Shown: positions 14,201 to 27,700 of the stretch, in pieces
Layout of the letters: each line of letters opens with the position of its first letter
How positions within the stretch are numbered: position 1 is the first letter of the stretch
Assembly: GCA_037379345.1 (NCBI GenBank)
Contig: CM074517.1
Location: 42,388,500-42,452,499, forward strand
Direction: 5' to 3'
DNA: 64,000 bases
DNA from: Perna viridis
Lineage: Eukaryota
Translations under genes and position numbers: made by a program
Notes under the pieces: model-generated
Databases searched by the model: none
The model's input: only the letters and a program-made list of their open reading frames with translations
What the model was told of the DNA's origin: nothing

Positions 14201-17200
14201 CCAACTCTTTTAAAGTAATCTTAAACTGATTCTGCTGCCTGGTCAAATCTGCCTTCAGACTTTCTAAATCTGGTCTTTCCTTTCCAACAACAGCTGCTAG
14301 AAGTTGGTCCTCTAGACCATCTCTGGTGACTGTGAAATTGATTAGAGTGGTCTGAGCTTGCATTTCTGGTTGGTAATGCGGATTAGCTAACTTTGTTTGA
14401 ATGATCAGTTTAAAATCTGGATGATACTCAACTTCTTTGTCTCCCATTTTAATAGCTCTCCCTTTCTTAATTGTGTTTCTACCAATCAATGGGTCTAATA
14501 CTGGATCAACAGATTCTCCAATGTTTTCTAAGAAAACCACATCACCTGATGACACTGCTCTTTCTAAAGCATCCAGATAGCCCTTCTGTCCAAGGCGGAT
14601 TACTTTCAAGTTTGCCCCATATTTGCTCTTAATCCAATTTGAGCCTTGCAACTGTGGATCTATCATCAATGGCCACCTTTCACAATTAGACAGAATAGTA
14701 GCATTCTCAGATGACATTCTATCACTTGGAAGACCTTCATTGTTCCAGGTGGCAATCTGAGCATCATCTGTCAATAAACACAATGGATCAAGTCCTTCAG
14801 ATATTGGAATAGGAATAGACAAGTTGTTTAGAAATGGAATCCAGTGGACATTCATCAGATCAAGTCTGTATTGTTTAGTGAAGCAACCAAAGTAGGACAC
14901 AAAAGCTGTGGTCAAAAGAACATCACCTGGCAATGTTTTTTCCTGCTCCTTAAATTCATTGATTGACTCAGCCCATCTGACATTTTCTGATGCCAAACCT
15001 CCTACTAATCTATTGGCCAGATCAATTGTCTTTCCTGTCATTTCTGCCTCTTGTTGACATCTCAATTTTTCATTAGTGGCTTCCTCAAATTCAGCAGTCA
15101 GTTTTCCTAAATCAGATTCTAATGAAGTAATCTTAGCTGTGATGACTTTAAGTTTCTCCTTAGCAGCATTTAGTTCTGCATTAGCTTGTGCTAATGCAAG
15201 TCTCTTTGGTTCAACAGTACAATAAACTGTGTAGTAGTTGATAATATTGATAACCCATGAGCATAAACCAGCAGCAGCCGCTGATTTGGCTCTAATGAAA
15301 TCTGGGTTAAATTCTGGGTCTTTCAAGTAAGGTTCTACTGCCTTCTGACAATTTTCGTGGATGTTATCTTTGTCATAGTTGATCAAGTTGTCCAGGAATG
15401 CATCAACCTACAGGTACAGAAAAACAGGATGTAAACCATTAAAGTTTTAGTTTTTAGTTAGGACACACAACAGCAGTATTTAAGATTTTGCTCAGCCTAA
15501 TAGTTTTCAATTGCTAATATAGTAACCAGACTTTTCCAAAACCAATAAGATTTGTAAATTATTGATGAAAATCCCAATGCTTCTTCAGGGAAGTGTTGCT
15601 GTCTGTAATGAAACATTTAAATACTACACAAAATATGAATATGGTTGAAATGGACGTATTAGATTAATACACTTAAACATTAAAATCATTAAAACATTTA
15701 AAAAGAACAAACCTTTGCCATTACAGAACTCTTTGCAGCTTTCCAACTTCTGTCTTTAGGAATCTTTCCACTTGTTGCTAACAGACACATGACAGCTGCC
15801 AGTACATTTATTACAGCAGGTGGTGGTGACCCAAAGGACTTCAACTCAGTCAAATTACCCTGAAAAATGGTTGATGTTTTATCACTATTGAGTGTGTTAA
15901 GATTTTAATTGTTGTCTTGTGATGAACTATTTGTCAAACGGTCTAAGTAGTTGCATATACTTGGTCTACAATGAACAGTAGTCAGGGTCACTTTGCAGCC
16001 TTTCACATCACACTAATAAATTGAAAACTGCTTAAGACAACAAATTAATTTGGTGAAATCTTATACCTTGTTAAGAGTATTCAATGCTTCTTTAGCAGCA
16101 GCCAGTGCAGGTTCAGCCTTAGCAAGATCTGTCATACAATCAATCTGTTTTTTAGACACTTCTTCATTAATTTTCTGAACTTTTTTTTCCTCTGTATCAG
16201 CTATGGCCTTCTCAGCTGATACCTTTTCGGTCTCAGCGCCAACGACGGCAATAAGTTTGTTGGCATCTTCATTCTTCTGTGCAAGTTCAACTTCTTGAGA
16301 GGCAAGTTTAGATTTTAGATCATCAACCTGGGAAATAAAAGTTCATAACATAATTAACAAAACAGAATACAAGGTGGTTAAGACCAGATACAGTGAATAA
16401 TTGCCTATCAAGAGTGATACGTGGCACTGAACTAAATTCAATATAATAACCAGCACCATCAAGCCTTAAGGATTTTTAAATACATTTTTAAGCTGCATGT
16501 GACATATTTCATACAGATAATAGTAAGACATAGCATGATTTCATGAATGCTTCATTTCATTTATACATATTCTGTAGTTTTGCCTATCACTTGCATGTTG
16601 CACATATTCATGTATAGACTAGCAATTTTACCGCTTGCTTTCATTTATCTGTATATTAAAATTCTTATATATTTTTTAACAGTATTCCCATGGTGATTCT
16701 TTAATTTTTTTTTATATATTTCAGCTGCAAGTGACATATATATGTATTTCATACAGATAATAGCAAGACATTGCATGATTTCATGAATGCTTCATTCCAT
16801 TTACATATATCAGTGTTCTAGCTAGGATTTGAAAATAGAGGGTGTGCAGGGAAGAGGGCACTTTAACACGTAGCATGTTTTTTTCAAACAAAAAAGGGCT
16901 ATTGGTGTATTTGAATTTTTTTTTTAAGATTTATGTTTCCATTAAGTCAGAAATATCTTTATTCATTTTTTTGGGGGACTTTTCTTGTATGTTTGTATTC
17001 TTATTAAATAATACAAGAATGATGTGTAGACAAAAATTAACATTGCTTTTGGAGAATTTAAAGCAGTATACTATCACACCATAAAGGAGATTAAGGGCAA
17101 GTGATTCTTAACATTTATGACATACTATGAGGTAAAATGTTGAATGAAATGTAACAAATATTCAATATTGCTCCAATTTAATTTCAAAATCATATTATTT

Positions 17201-20200
17201 TCTCTAATGTAATTATAACTTTTGAAAAATACTGTTGAAGATATAGAAAATTTTACAAAGAATTGAACTGACAGAGACAACCGACATATTGAATACTGGT
17301 AAGCAAACATATGCAACATGCAATTGCTTACATCCATGGTTCTACATAACATAGACCTGTCAACTTGAAAATATTTTTGAAATTAATTGTACAAAAGAAA
17401 ATAATTATTAACCAATGACTGGCTGTCCATGAAATGGTGAAAGATCCAATCTGGATCCAATTCCTACTTGTCAATGATCATCATCCAACAACCCTTATCA
17501 GCTGATTGATCACCAATAATTACCTGAGGTATACCAGAGGGTTAATTATGACAGGATGTGGTAAATGAAGGTGACACTTCTTAATTGGCTTGGGGTAATT
17601 TATTAACAAAAGTGTAATATTAAGATAATTATAAATGGGCACGAAGGGGGTAATATGTTAAAGGGGCGGGTGCTGCGCCCCTCCATTTTGCCTAGCTAAG
17701 ACACTGATTAAAAAATATGTATATTCACTGTTTTGCCTATTTCTTGCATGTTGCACATATTCATGTATAGACTAATGCATTTACCACTTGTGCATTCATA
17801 TATCTGTATACTAAAATCGTTTTATATATTAACATTTTTATGCACATCCTCTTTTCAATGTACAGCTAAATCTTGATTTTTGTCTTGTCTAAGAGCAAAT
17901 TTGGAGAAGGCCAGAATGTAGGGATTACCTTTCTGGTATTCGCAATTGTAAGAGTATTTGTCAATATCAAATTTTCAACAACCACTTTATATCACAGGTC
18001 GATGATATTTGGTATGTGAAGAGAAATAGAAGATAATGCAGAAGTTGTACTGATCCACACTGTATAACAGTGACTGTATATGAAGCTGGTGTATTGCCAT
18101 GAACTATTTTGTATCTCATCTAACCAGTTGAAATTTCTGTGTGTATCCATATGATTGCCTTGATAGTTGTGTGAAGTTTCCTAAAATCCATTTGTTTTAT
18201 CGGGGATCAATGATTTCAAGAAAACTTCTCTTCTTGTATACCAAGCATTTTCAGCTGGAAATCTGCTGTATTTAAGCATCACTCAAGTTTGCATGCACTC
18301 TGTACAGGTGAGGAACAAGAGAGTATAAAGTAATCTTGATGTTTATCAATATTGAGAATTCAGCTTATTTGCACACTGGGGCTATCTTGTTTAAGGGTAT
18401 GGAAATTTTGTCCATTGTTGTAGACAAAAAGCCCTGTTCTTTGATAATTTGGTGTTTTTGTCACCTACACATTCACTCCATAGCCCATACCTTTTCATTT
18501 TGAAGTTTTGGAATGGGTTATTCTTGATATCAATATGCAATGACTACATAGTGATTTAACAACTGTTCAAATTCAGTTTCAAAGGAACCCATAAAGTTTA
18601 ATTGTGGAAGAGTTGCTTTGATGATAATTCACACTAAATAGATATAAGAAGATGTGGTATGAGTGCCAATGAGACAACTCTCAATTCAAGGCACAATTTA
18701 TTCAAAGTATAAACCATAATAATAAGTCTTCAACACGGAGCCTTGGATCACACCGAAAAGTAAGCTATAAAGGGCCCCAAAAATTACTAGTGTAAAACCT
18801 CCAAACAGGAAAACCAACGGCCTAATCTACAAAAAAATTGAGAGACGAGAAACACCTATAAACAACATCAACAAAAAATGGAAGTTGACATCTTTTCTGA
18901 TGTTCGGGTGTCTCAGGTTGCACCATAGCAAAACCCCGAGAATACCTGTAAAAATGGCGCAAACTTCCGGCAACAAAAACGTGTAACTCAACTATACTAA
19001 AGGTTTATACAATGACAGGGATTCATTTTGGACCATTTCAAGAAAGTAAAAAACAACTTTCAACAGAATGTTCCTTCATTTTCCACTCACAGAAGCGAAT
19101 TTCCAAGCTCAGTACTGTGCCATAGCTGCATTTCCCACCAATCCACAACCAAATATATATTTTTTTTAAAAGGCCGTCCAAGTGTCCCATTTATGTTCTG
19201 CTGGAACAGCCTAATTTACAAAGGATGGTTTTACTAGATTTTGACCAGTAATGATCTTATAGTTGATGTCAAAATGGAAAATGGAAGAAAATCACTGAAA
19301 TTTGGGGTTATTAATGAACATTTTTCACCCTACAAACTGAAAACTGGCATTTTTGGTAGTTTATTGTCAACAAAATGTATTTTATTTTGCTGATTTTTTG
19401 TGGCCAGAGCGAAATGGGTAACTCATCATCAATCTTGAGCTACTTAAGGTAAAATTAAAATTGAAATAACATTTAACATTATCAATTTTTGCGATCTCTT
19501 GGTAACTGTCATAATAATAAAAAATTAGATAGATGAAAACATTTCTGGTTATATGGTATTCATACGAATAATGTTATAGGTAAATTCATATCAAATTATT
19601 TCTTGATGGCATACCTGTTGTGCAGTGCTTCTCAGTTTCTCAAGACCATTTTCCAATCTCACAATCTTGGCTTGTAGCTCTAAATTTTTCTTCTTCAACA
19701 AGTTCTGGTAAAGTTTGATCTGTTCGAGGAAACTTTTTGGTGTTGTATAGTTGTATCTTCGTTCATTCTGGAGGTAACTCTGACTCATTTCATTTACAGA
19801 TGTGTGAACAAATCCCATAAATTGAGAGATTGAAGTTCTCATGTCAGGCTGTAATTAGAAAATGCTTATCTATAAAATTATGCAAAATTAATAGCATCTG
19901 TTTTGAAAACTATTGGAACTAATTTGAATGAAACTGCCTACTTTTTAGAATTTAAAAGAGCTGTATTATATATGTGTTTAAAGGGTAAGACATTGAAGAA
20001 TTTACACAAAAATAAGTTGTTTGAATGTAAATATTTATTAAGAGATCGTTGTTGACATCAAACTACGAACTTAAGAATTAAGTGTAGGCAACATGGAATC
20101 AAATGTACTTACTGACAATAGTTCCACCTCCTGTAAGAATCTGGAAGATACAGAATTCAAAGCTTCTACTGGCCATTCATGGAACCAATCAATACATGTA

Positions 20201-23200
20201 CAGTTAGTTACTGCAGGGAACTTTCGACTTCTGACTCTTAATGTGGATCCAACAGGTGAGAAACATAACACAACCTATAATTACATATATAAAAACAATG
20301 TCCTGAATTTTTTTCAGCTTTTAAAATTCTGTAACAGTACTTCAAAGAATTACAAAATGAGAATTTTGAAAATAAGGAATATTATAAACTAAATGTAACT
20401 TGTTTTTTTTTACTGCAAATTCTATAATATTATATTATATTAAACTAGTAAGAATGATAAATAAATGGCAATACAGAATAAAGATAATTAAACTAATACC
20501 TAAATGTGAAGCTACATTTGTATTTACTTTTAATTTTTTTATTGGTAAAGTAAATTTACCTTTAGAGTTTTTCTGACTTTGTCAATGAAAAATTTCCAAC
20601 AATTTTCCCTAGAATCCTCCATTCCTGTAGCCTTGACCTCATTTCTAACACCATTAATAACATTTTCTACTTCATCATCAGGTAAAAGGTCAGGTATTTC
20701 ACCAGAGGCCAACAAGTCATTAATCAACACCAAGAATTTTTCATCAGCAACTTGAGCATCCGTCATAAGAAACATCATCCCAACATTCTTCAATCCTGTC
20801 TTTATATAAAGTTGGGATAAATCAACCTTTAGATCTGCAATACTATAGCCTTTTCTGAGAGTAATTTGGAAAACATCAAGACCACTGATAAATGCTGCCA
20901 AACGAGACAAGCTTTGTTTGCCGCTTCCTCCTACACCAATCAATAAGGCATTACCTCTGGGAGATTCTAAAATCCTGTTGATTTTACAAATGTGTGCCAT
21001 GGCATCTTCAAACAATACTAGGTTCATGATGGCATTTAGTTCATTGTAATTGTCTAAAGCTTCAGTCAGAAGTTTATTTAACTCTGACCATCCCTCCACA
21101 GGATTATAACGAGGATCACCAATACCCTGAGCAAAGTGGCAGAAAATATTTGGTTTCTTGAACACTACTTCCTCATTGCAGTCCTGAATAAATAAATAAA
21201 AATAAGTCATTTAAACATATTGAATTTTGTTAGTATTTAAAAAACATAGGCACTACAATTCTTCTAAATACAAATGAAAATACAATTAATTCTTCTGAAC
21301 CTACACATGATAATAATTTTAAAGCATCTAAAATCTTTAATTCAAGAAGTATTTCAAAACTGCTACATATTTTGAATTGTCTGTATTTCTTGAAGTAAAA
21401 TCACTGTGAATTTGGTGCAAGGTTTGTTAACGGTTTTTATTTGCATTAAAACCGATTAAAATGGTTTTCCAATAATTTGTACAACTCAGGCAAAAACTGT
21501 GTTCAATAGAACTCAAAACTGCAAGTAGAAATTGCCACCTACTGCCGAACTAGAATTTCTGAGGCCCAATAATGAAACAGGAATAATACCTCAAAACATC
21601 TTTTACAAGTGTCCTTAATCAATTTTTGGAAAGTTTCAATGTCTTTCTCATCAGCAAGCTTGTCACCATAAACACGCTCTGCCTCATGCATCCACAAACG
21701 AATCAAGTCCATGGTTGTCTTGGCACATTCTGGCATAGCAAATAGAAGTCCCTATAATAAATCAAAGTATATCACCAGCAATCAACATAACTAGTACTTG
21801 ATTTGATATTAAATGTTTAGTATACACTATTCTTCTTAAGTCTTGTATTACTACTGTGACCATACCTCAGCTAAAATTTATTTTCAAATTTCATATATGT
21901 ATATAGTTTTTGTATACTTTTCACGATATAACCTAATTTTACATCTATCTATACATTTAATAATATATATAAAAAACTCTGCTATTGTCTGCTGGCAGTA
22001 CAATAAGTTAAGTTGTTTGACCAACTCTAGCTCATATTAGCCTAAAGAGTTAGACACTCTTAAGAAAGGGTCTGCTTGACCATGAACCCTATCCTACCTG
22101 GAAAATGTTGGAGAGATCTCTTAGGTTGAAGATATAATGAAACTTGATGGCTGTTGGCAAGAATGTTGTGGCGATCTTGGAATGTAAGGTAAGAGCACCA
22201 TTGACTAGTAATGTGGAGTATTTCTGAACAGCTGCAGGGAATCCATTGATAGATAAATGTTGAGATAGGATACTGCTGTAAATTGTCTGTAAGGCATCAG
22301 TGTTGGGAAAGTTACAGGAAAACACACAGAAATGTCTCTGAAAAAAAATATTAAATTAAGAATTTAGAAACTAAATTAGATGTCATGAAATATTAGAGAC
22401 TGGGAAGATTTCAACATTACAATATAGATATGTTCTTAAAAGGGGCAGCAAGCAAATTTCTCTCTTGCTGATGTATCTCTACTTCTCTTATTATCTGATA
22501 TACTATACATATTTCAATCCTATGACTATTTCTCCTGAAAGTTAACACCATTTTTGCTTTAAGTAAGATCCCTACATAATCAATGTACAACTATGTGTCT
22601 TATTTCTCAACTGTTAATTTTGGTATACCTTAACGTTTTGGCCAAGTGAATTCAAAGAATTCTTGAATACTTTCATGGCATACCTGTCTAGGTTGATGGA
22701 CATTTTATAGCAGAAATGCCTAAAAATGCATACATATACTATATCATTGAAAAATTTATGAACTTTTAAACATCATTCAGTGGTAAGAATTTTTAAATCA
22801 TCAATATAATTAAAGGTATGTTAATGGATTACTTACCTGCAATCTTGAATCAATAGTAAAGCTACCAGCTGTAGGATTCATACAGGCCACATACTGAGTG
22901 TTGTGGATTTCTTTCAATGTCAGTTTAGTTCTGTCATACCAATGACCATGATCAATATGCTGCCTGATCAAGGTATGGGGCTGCACTGTGAAATATGGGT
23001 CAACCTATTTAATTAAAAAAAAAAGGAAAGTAAGCAGAAAGACAAGATTGTATGATGCAAAAAAACAAGTGAAAGCTGAACAGTAATAGTTGCACTTAAA
23101 AGCTTTGAAACATGTACATTCAAGTTAAATTATCTTTCTTTAGAACATCCAACAAATGTTTTTGATGCTTTCAAAGTACCTGGAAGGATATAGTAAATCT

Positions 23201-24678
23201 TATATGCCCTTCCCAACAACTTTGTTTTCAGGGACATATAGAATAGAATCATAATCATAAAGTCAGGAAATAGCAAATTTGGTAAAAATTGTTCAAAACA
23301 AAGACGGGTTTGAAGAATATCCACCAGACATTTAACCAATACCAATATTTTTTAGGAAGAGAGTTGTTTTCATGTCAAAGGACTTAAACCATGTTCACTG
23401 AAGACCAATGGGTGGCCTTGATCTGACATTTTCATCCTGATGGGGTTGTCTTTTTGACATATTCACCATTAACATTCTCCTTATAATAGTTGTCAATGAT
23501 ATACATAAACCAGTCTGCACAAGGAGAGAAAAATGTGGAACCATGAGAACAGTACAAAAAGAATATGACTTTTTTTTTTCATCACCCTACCTCTGGCATA
23601 TTCATGTCATCTACAAAGTAGATTAGTCTTCTGGTACCAGGTGGACCATAGTTTCTTCCTGCCTTTTTCTCCAGTGGTTTTTCCAATATTCCTTGCAGCA
23701 TGGCTGAAGTTGTATAGAAGTTGAATGGTACATTTGCAACCATGAAGGCATCTGACAGGCTGAAAAAAGCAAAGTACTTACATACATACAATACAATACC
23801 AATTAAATCGACAGATTATCTTAATTTCTGCAACTAATTAATCAGGGATCTTCACTTAACATGTTAAATTTCCTTTCAGTTTTAATTGACAATGTTTCTG
23901 ACCAAACATTAAACCAGATATCCCCATTCCTTGTACCTACCACTTTCATCACAAACACTTACCTTGATAATTTGTCCTGCATGAGTACTGTTTTTCCTGT
24001 ACCAGCTGTACCCACCAACATGACAGGCCTCTTGTTCTCTACCAACATGTCAAGGAAATATTTTACCCTTGTTGTTTCCGCTGTGTGTACTAATACAGCC
24101 TGTGAATAAATAAGTTTTTATACACAACTTAAACATAAAGGCACATAATTTTGGAAAACTTTACTGGTGCCAGTGCCATATTGACACATCAATGGTCATT
24201 TCTAAGTTAATATTGATGATATATATATCTATTTAGAAGGGTCTGAAAAATTCCCAACGATGATAGAACTGTCAAATTTGCGAAGCAAATTTTTGGTCGT
24301 TCCCTCCCCGGGACTCGAACTCGTACCGCTGTGACATCTATGGCAACACCGCCTGCACTAAGTCCAGCACCCTTGACCACTCGGCCAGCTAGGCTATATA
24401 AAAATATAGCTTTTGCTGGCCGGGTCATTCCTCCTCATAGGATTAATCTAGGGCTGTAACTTAGTACACAATGTATGGTAGTATGGGGCAGTTCATCTAG
24501 GTGTTATTATGTAGGATAGAGGATCAAATTAATGATGCATGTTACAACAAATCAATATTATACAACGTCTCAGAATGTGACGACTCTATTCGCTACACTA
24601 CTCCATCGGATCAAATTGATACAGGGAAGATAACGTAAACTTATAGAAGGGTCTGAAAATATATATATCTATATCTAG

Positions 24679-24736
<58 letters not shown>

Positions 24737-27700
24737 ATATATATATATATATATAAACATATGAAATTCATTTCTATCTTACACGAAAGTACCTCAAATG
24801 TAATTTTAGTTTGGTATACATTTACATATGGCAATGTACATTATGTTCTCTATATCATGAAGACCTTCTATCTGAAATATTTATGCTAATTATTCACAAT
24901 GCAATAAAAAATAATCTTTGAGATTAGCTCTGCAAAAATAGATCGATAGATCAAAAATAGTAACTCCAGAAATATGCAATAAATTTATATAATAAGAATT
25001 GTGAACGGTATTTTATGCTCCAAAGAAAACTGGTTCAGCAGTTGTATAATTCATATAATCACCAAAAGTGATAGACAAACTGACAAGAGAATCACATGCA
25101 GCAGGGGTTATGAAATTAAGATATATAGCAGCTTCTGTAATATTTACCTGTAAAGGCATTTCTGGATCCAACTCAAATTTAGCAACCTTTTTGGTCCAAG
25201 GTTCAAACTTGTGTGTTTCTGGGTCAATGTAATAATCAAACACAGTGCCTTGGGTTGGAAACTTGACAGTCTTAAACTCTGTAACCCACCACTTGGTAAA
25301 CTCTACTCTGTAGTCAACCAACTACAAAAGATTTTCTCTTTAGTTAGAAAATGTAATGAACCAAGTTACCAATACAAATAACTATCTGTGTCAAGATGAC
25401 AAATTTGACTAGACAACTTACTATGTATATGTTTAATAGTCTCCCCTAAACTGTTAATTTCAAACAAATTAAAGCTTAACATTAATCTGATAAAGAATTT
25501 TGTTATGACCAAAACAATAACTTAGTCTGTAATAACTTTTAGTAAACCATCAAAAAATGTTAGAAAATCTAATAAATCAAAGAAGCCAAAAATTAAATGT
25601 GGACTTTGTATCCTATCAAAAAATGATGAGAAGCCATGAAGTATCCCATCTAGTTATTTTTAAAAGAACAACATACCTGATCCTGAAACATAACACTGCC
25701 AAATGCCCATACACAGGCAAACACGAAGTACAGTTCATATAACTCTTTATGACAGTCTGGTGGTGTGTTTTCTGGTGTCAGTAAACATTCCAGTAGGTAA
25801 CATAACATCTGAACCTGGCTGATCTCAGGTACTGGCGTAACCTTTTTAAATCTCACTCGTAGAGTGTCTAGACAGACTGGGACATATTTGTCAAACAGTA
25901 TTGTAAGATTGGCTCTCTCGGATTGAACTTCTCTGGTATCTATCCAACTCTGTACATATCTGTTAGTGTAAATTTAACTGTAGAATTAACCTAATTAAGA
26001 AGTGTAAAATTAAAAAAAATAAATATTATGTAGTAATGTAATATTAATAGCTGGTTTGGTCCTTTTAATGTGATAGCACGGCTAAAAGCAGGGCCTTAAA
26101 TTCTAGCCTATTTAAAGCAAGTACACATTTTAATTGGTAGATTAAGTCTTCACAGCTTTGGGAAAATGAAATGTATCTTTATGTGAGAAATGATATACCA
26201 GTAAATTTATTTGTGCTGAACAAGTCTTAACTTACGGATTCCATCCAACATCAGCAGCATTTATAAAAAGAATCCCTGCCCTTGATACAGTAGCTGGTGT
26301 GGCAGTTTTTAGATGACTGATCTCAAACAGAAGTCTCATGCTTGGAGTGAGGGTAATTCTCTCATTACTAGCAAGTGTTAGAACTTTGTTGTCATCCATC
26401 ACAGTGTTTAGAGATTCAATCCACATTGGATCAATGTCACCATCCAATACAATCCATTTGGGGCTGTCATTGGCCATGTTAGCTAGATCTCTCATTACCA
26501 CAGAAAACAAACCTGTAATAATTTTATTGTAATTGATTATAAAGCGAAACTCATTATTGTTCAGCTACATCCTAAACAGACATATGGACAATAAGGGAGA
26601 AAATGAATACAAAAAGTTTATTCTTGACTTACCAAAGGAACACATGATGTATGCTTTAGCAACCCATTATTTTTAACATGAGCACTTAACTTACATTTTG
26701 TAGATACATAGGCTTTACTGTTAATAACACAATGAAAATCTTTTAGTAACCATTCATGTTATTTAATAAATATATTGTCTCCTGGATGGAGACAGCCAAT
26801 TTTAGTTTGCCTTTATACACTGAACTTGACTACTACTTAGCATAATATATATTTAATGAAAACAAACTACAAGGAACAAAAGAAGTCTAATGAAATACCA
26901 TCTTTCCATTCTCTTGTAGCTGGGTTGATGATTCCAAAAAGTTCATCATTAGTCACAGCTTTTGGATCTAAATCGAGGGCAGTTGGCTTCTTTCCTTGCA
27001 TTTTATAAGTTCTGAAAAGTGATCCCCATACTTTACTCTTTCCGACACCTGCTCCACCAAGATCAAATACAGAGTGACGTACTTCAAACAACTCTTGCAA
27101 CTGTACAACCTAAGTTTTATAAAGGAAAAAAGTCAGTAAAAGAAATATGAGAATAAATACCAAAAAATGGTATCAACATAGGAAGGGCATTAACATAAAT
27201 GGTTTCCCCTTGGTCATAATAATACAAAAATCATCATATAAGTTACAAGCAAACTGAGTGTAAAGGCATTTTTACACATAAAGGTTACATATATTTTTTG
27301 CAGACCAAAAAGTTGAGCAGTATTTGCCCCTGTCTAGCAATCACAGAATGCTTTAAATATACCTTAAGGATAAAGTTCTCTTCGGGCTGCAACTTTTGAT
27401 CAACAACAGCTTTACGGATTTCCTTCTCAAACTCTAGATCCCTCTTCCTAGGTACATTCAAAGCAGGGAACAAATCACCAATCAATCCCATGAAAATGGG
27501 AACATCATCAGTCACAATCTTGGGAATGTTGAAATCTCTAAGAGCTCTCATTAACACCTAAAAATTTAGTAATTCAGTAAATCATACAAATGACAAATTC
27601 ACAATCAAACTTGGTAATTGAACAATGAAAAGCAGAAACAAAACACAAAAAAAAACTTACACTGAAAATATTCAAATATATTTGTGATCTTTTAAGCTAT

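Noticed and set aside
24294-24394. Functional tRNA-Leu gene
   Set aside because: Acceptor and anticodon stems do not pair; treated as a tRNA-derived element.
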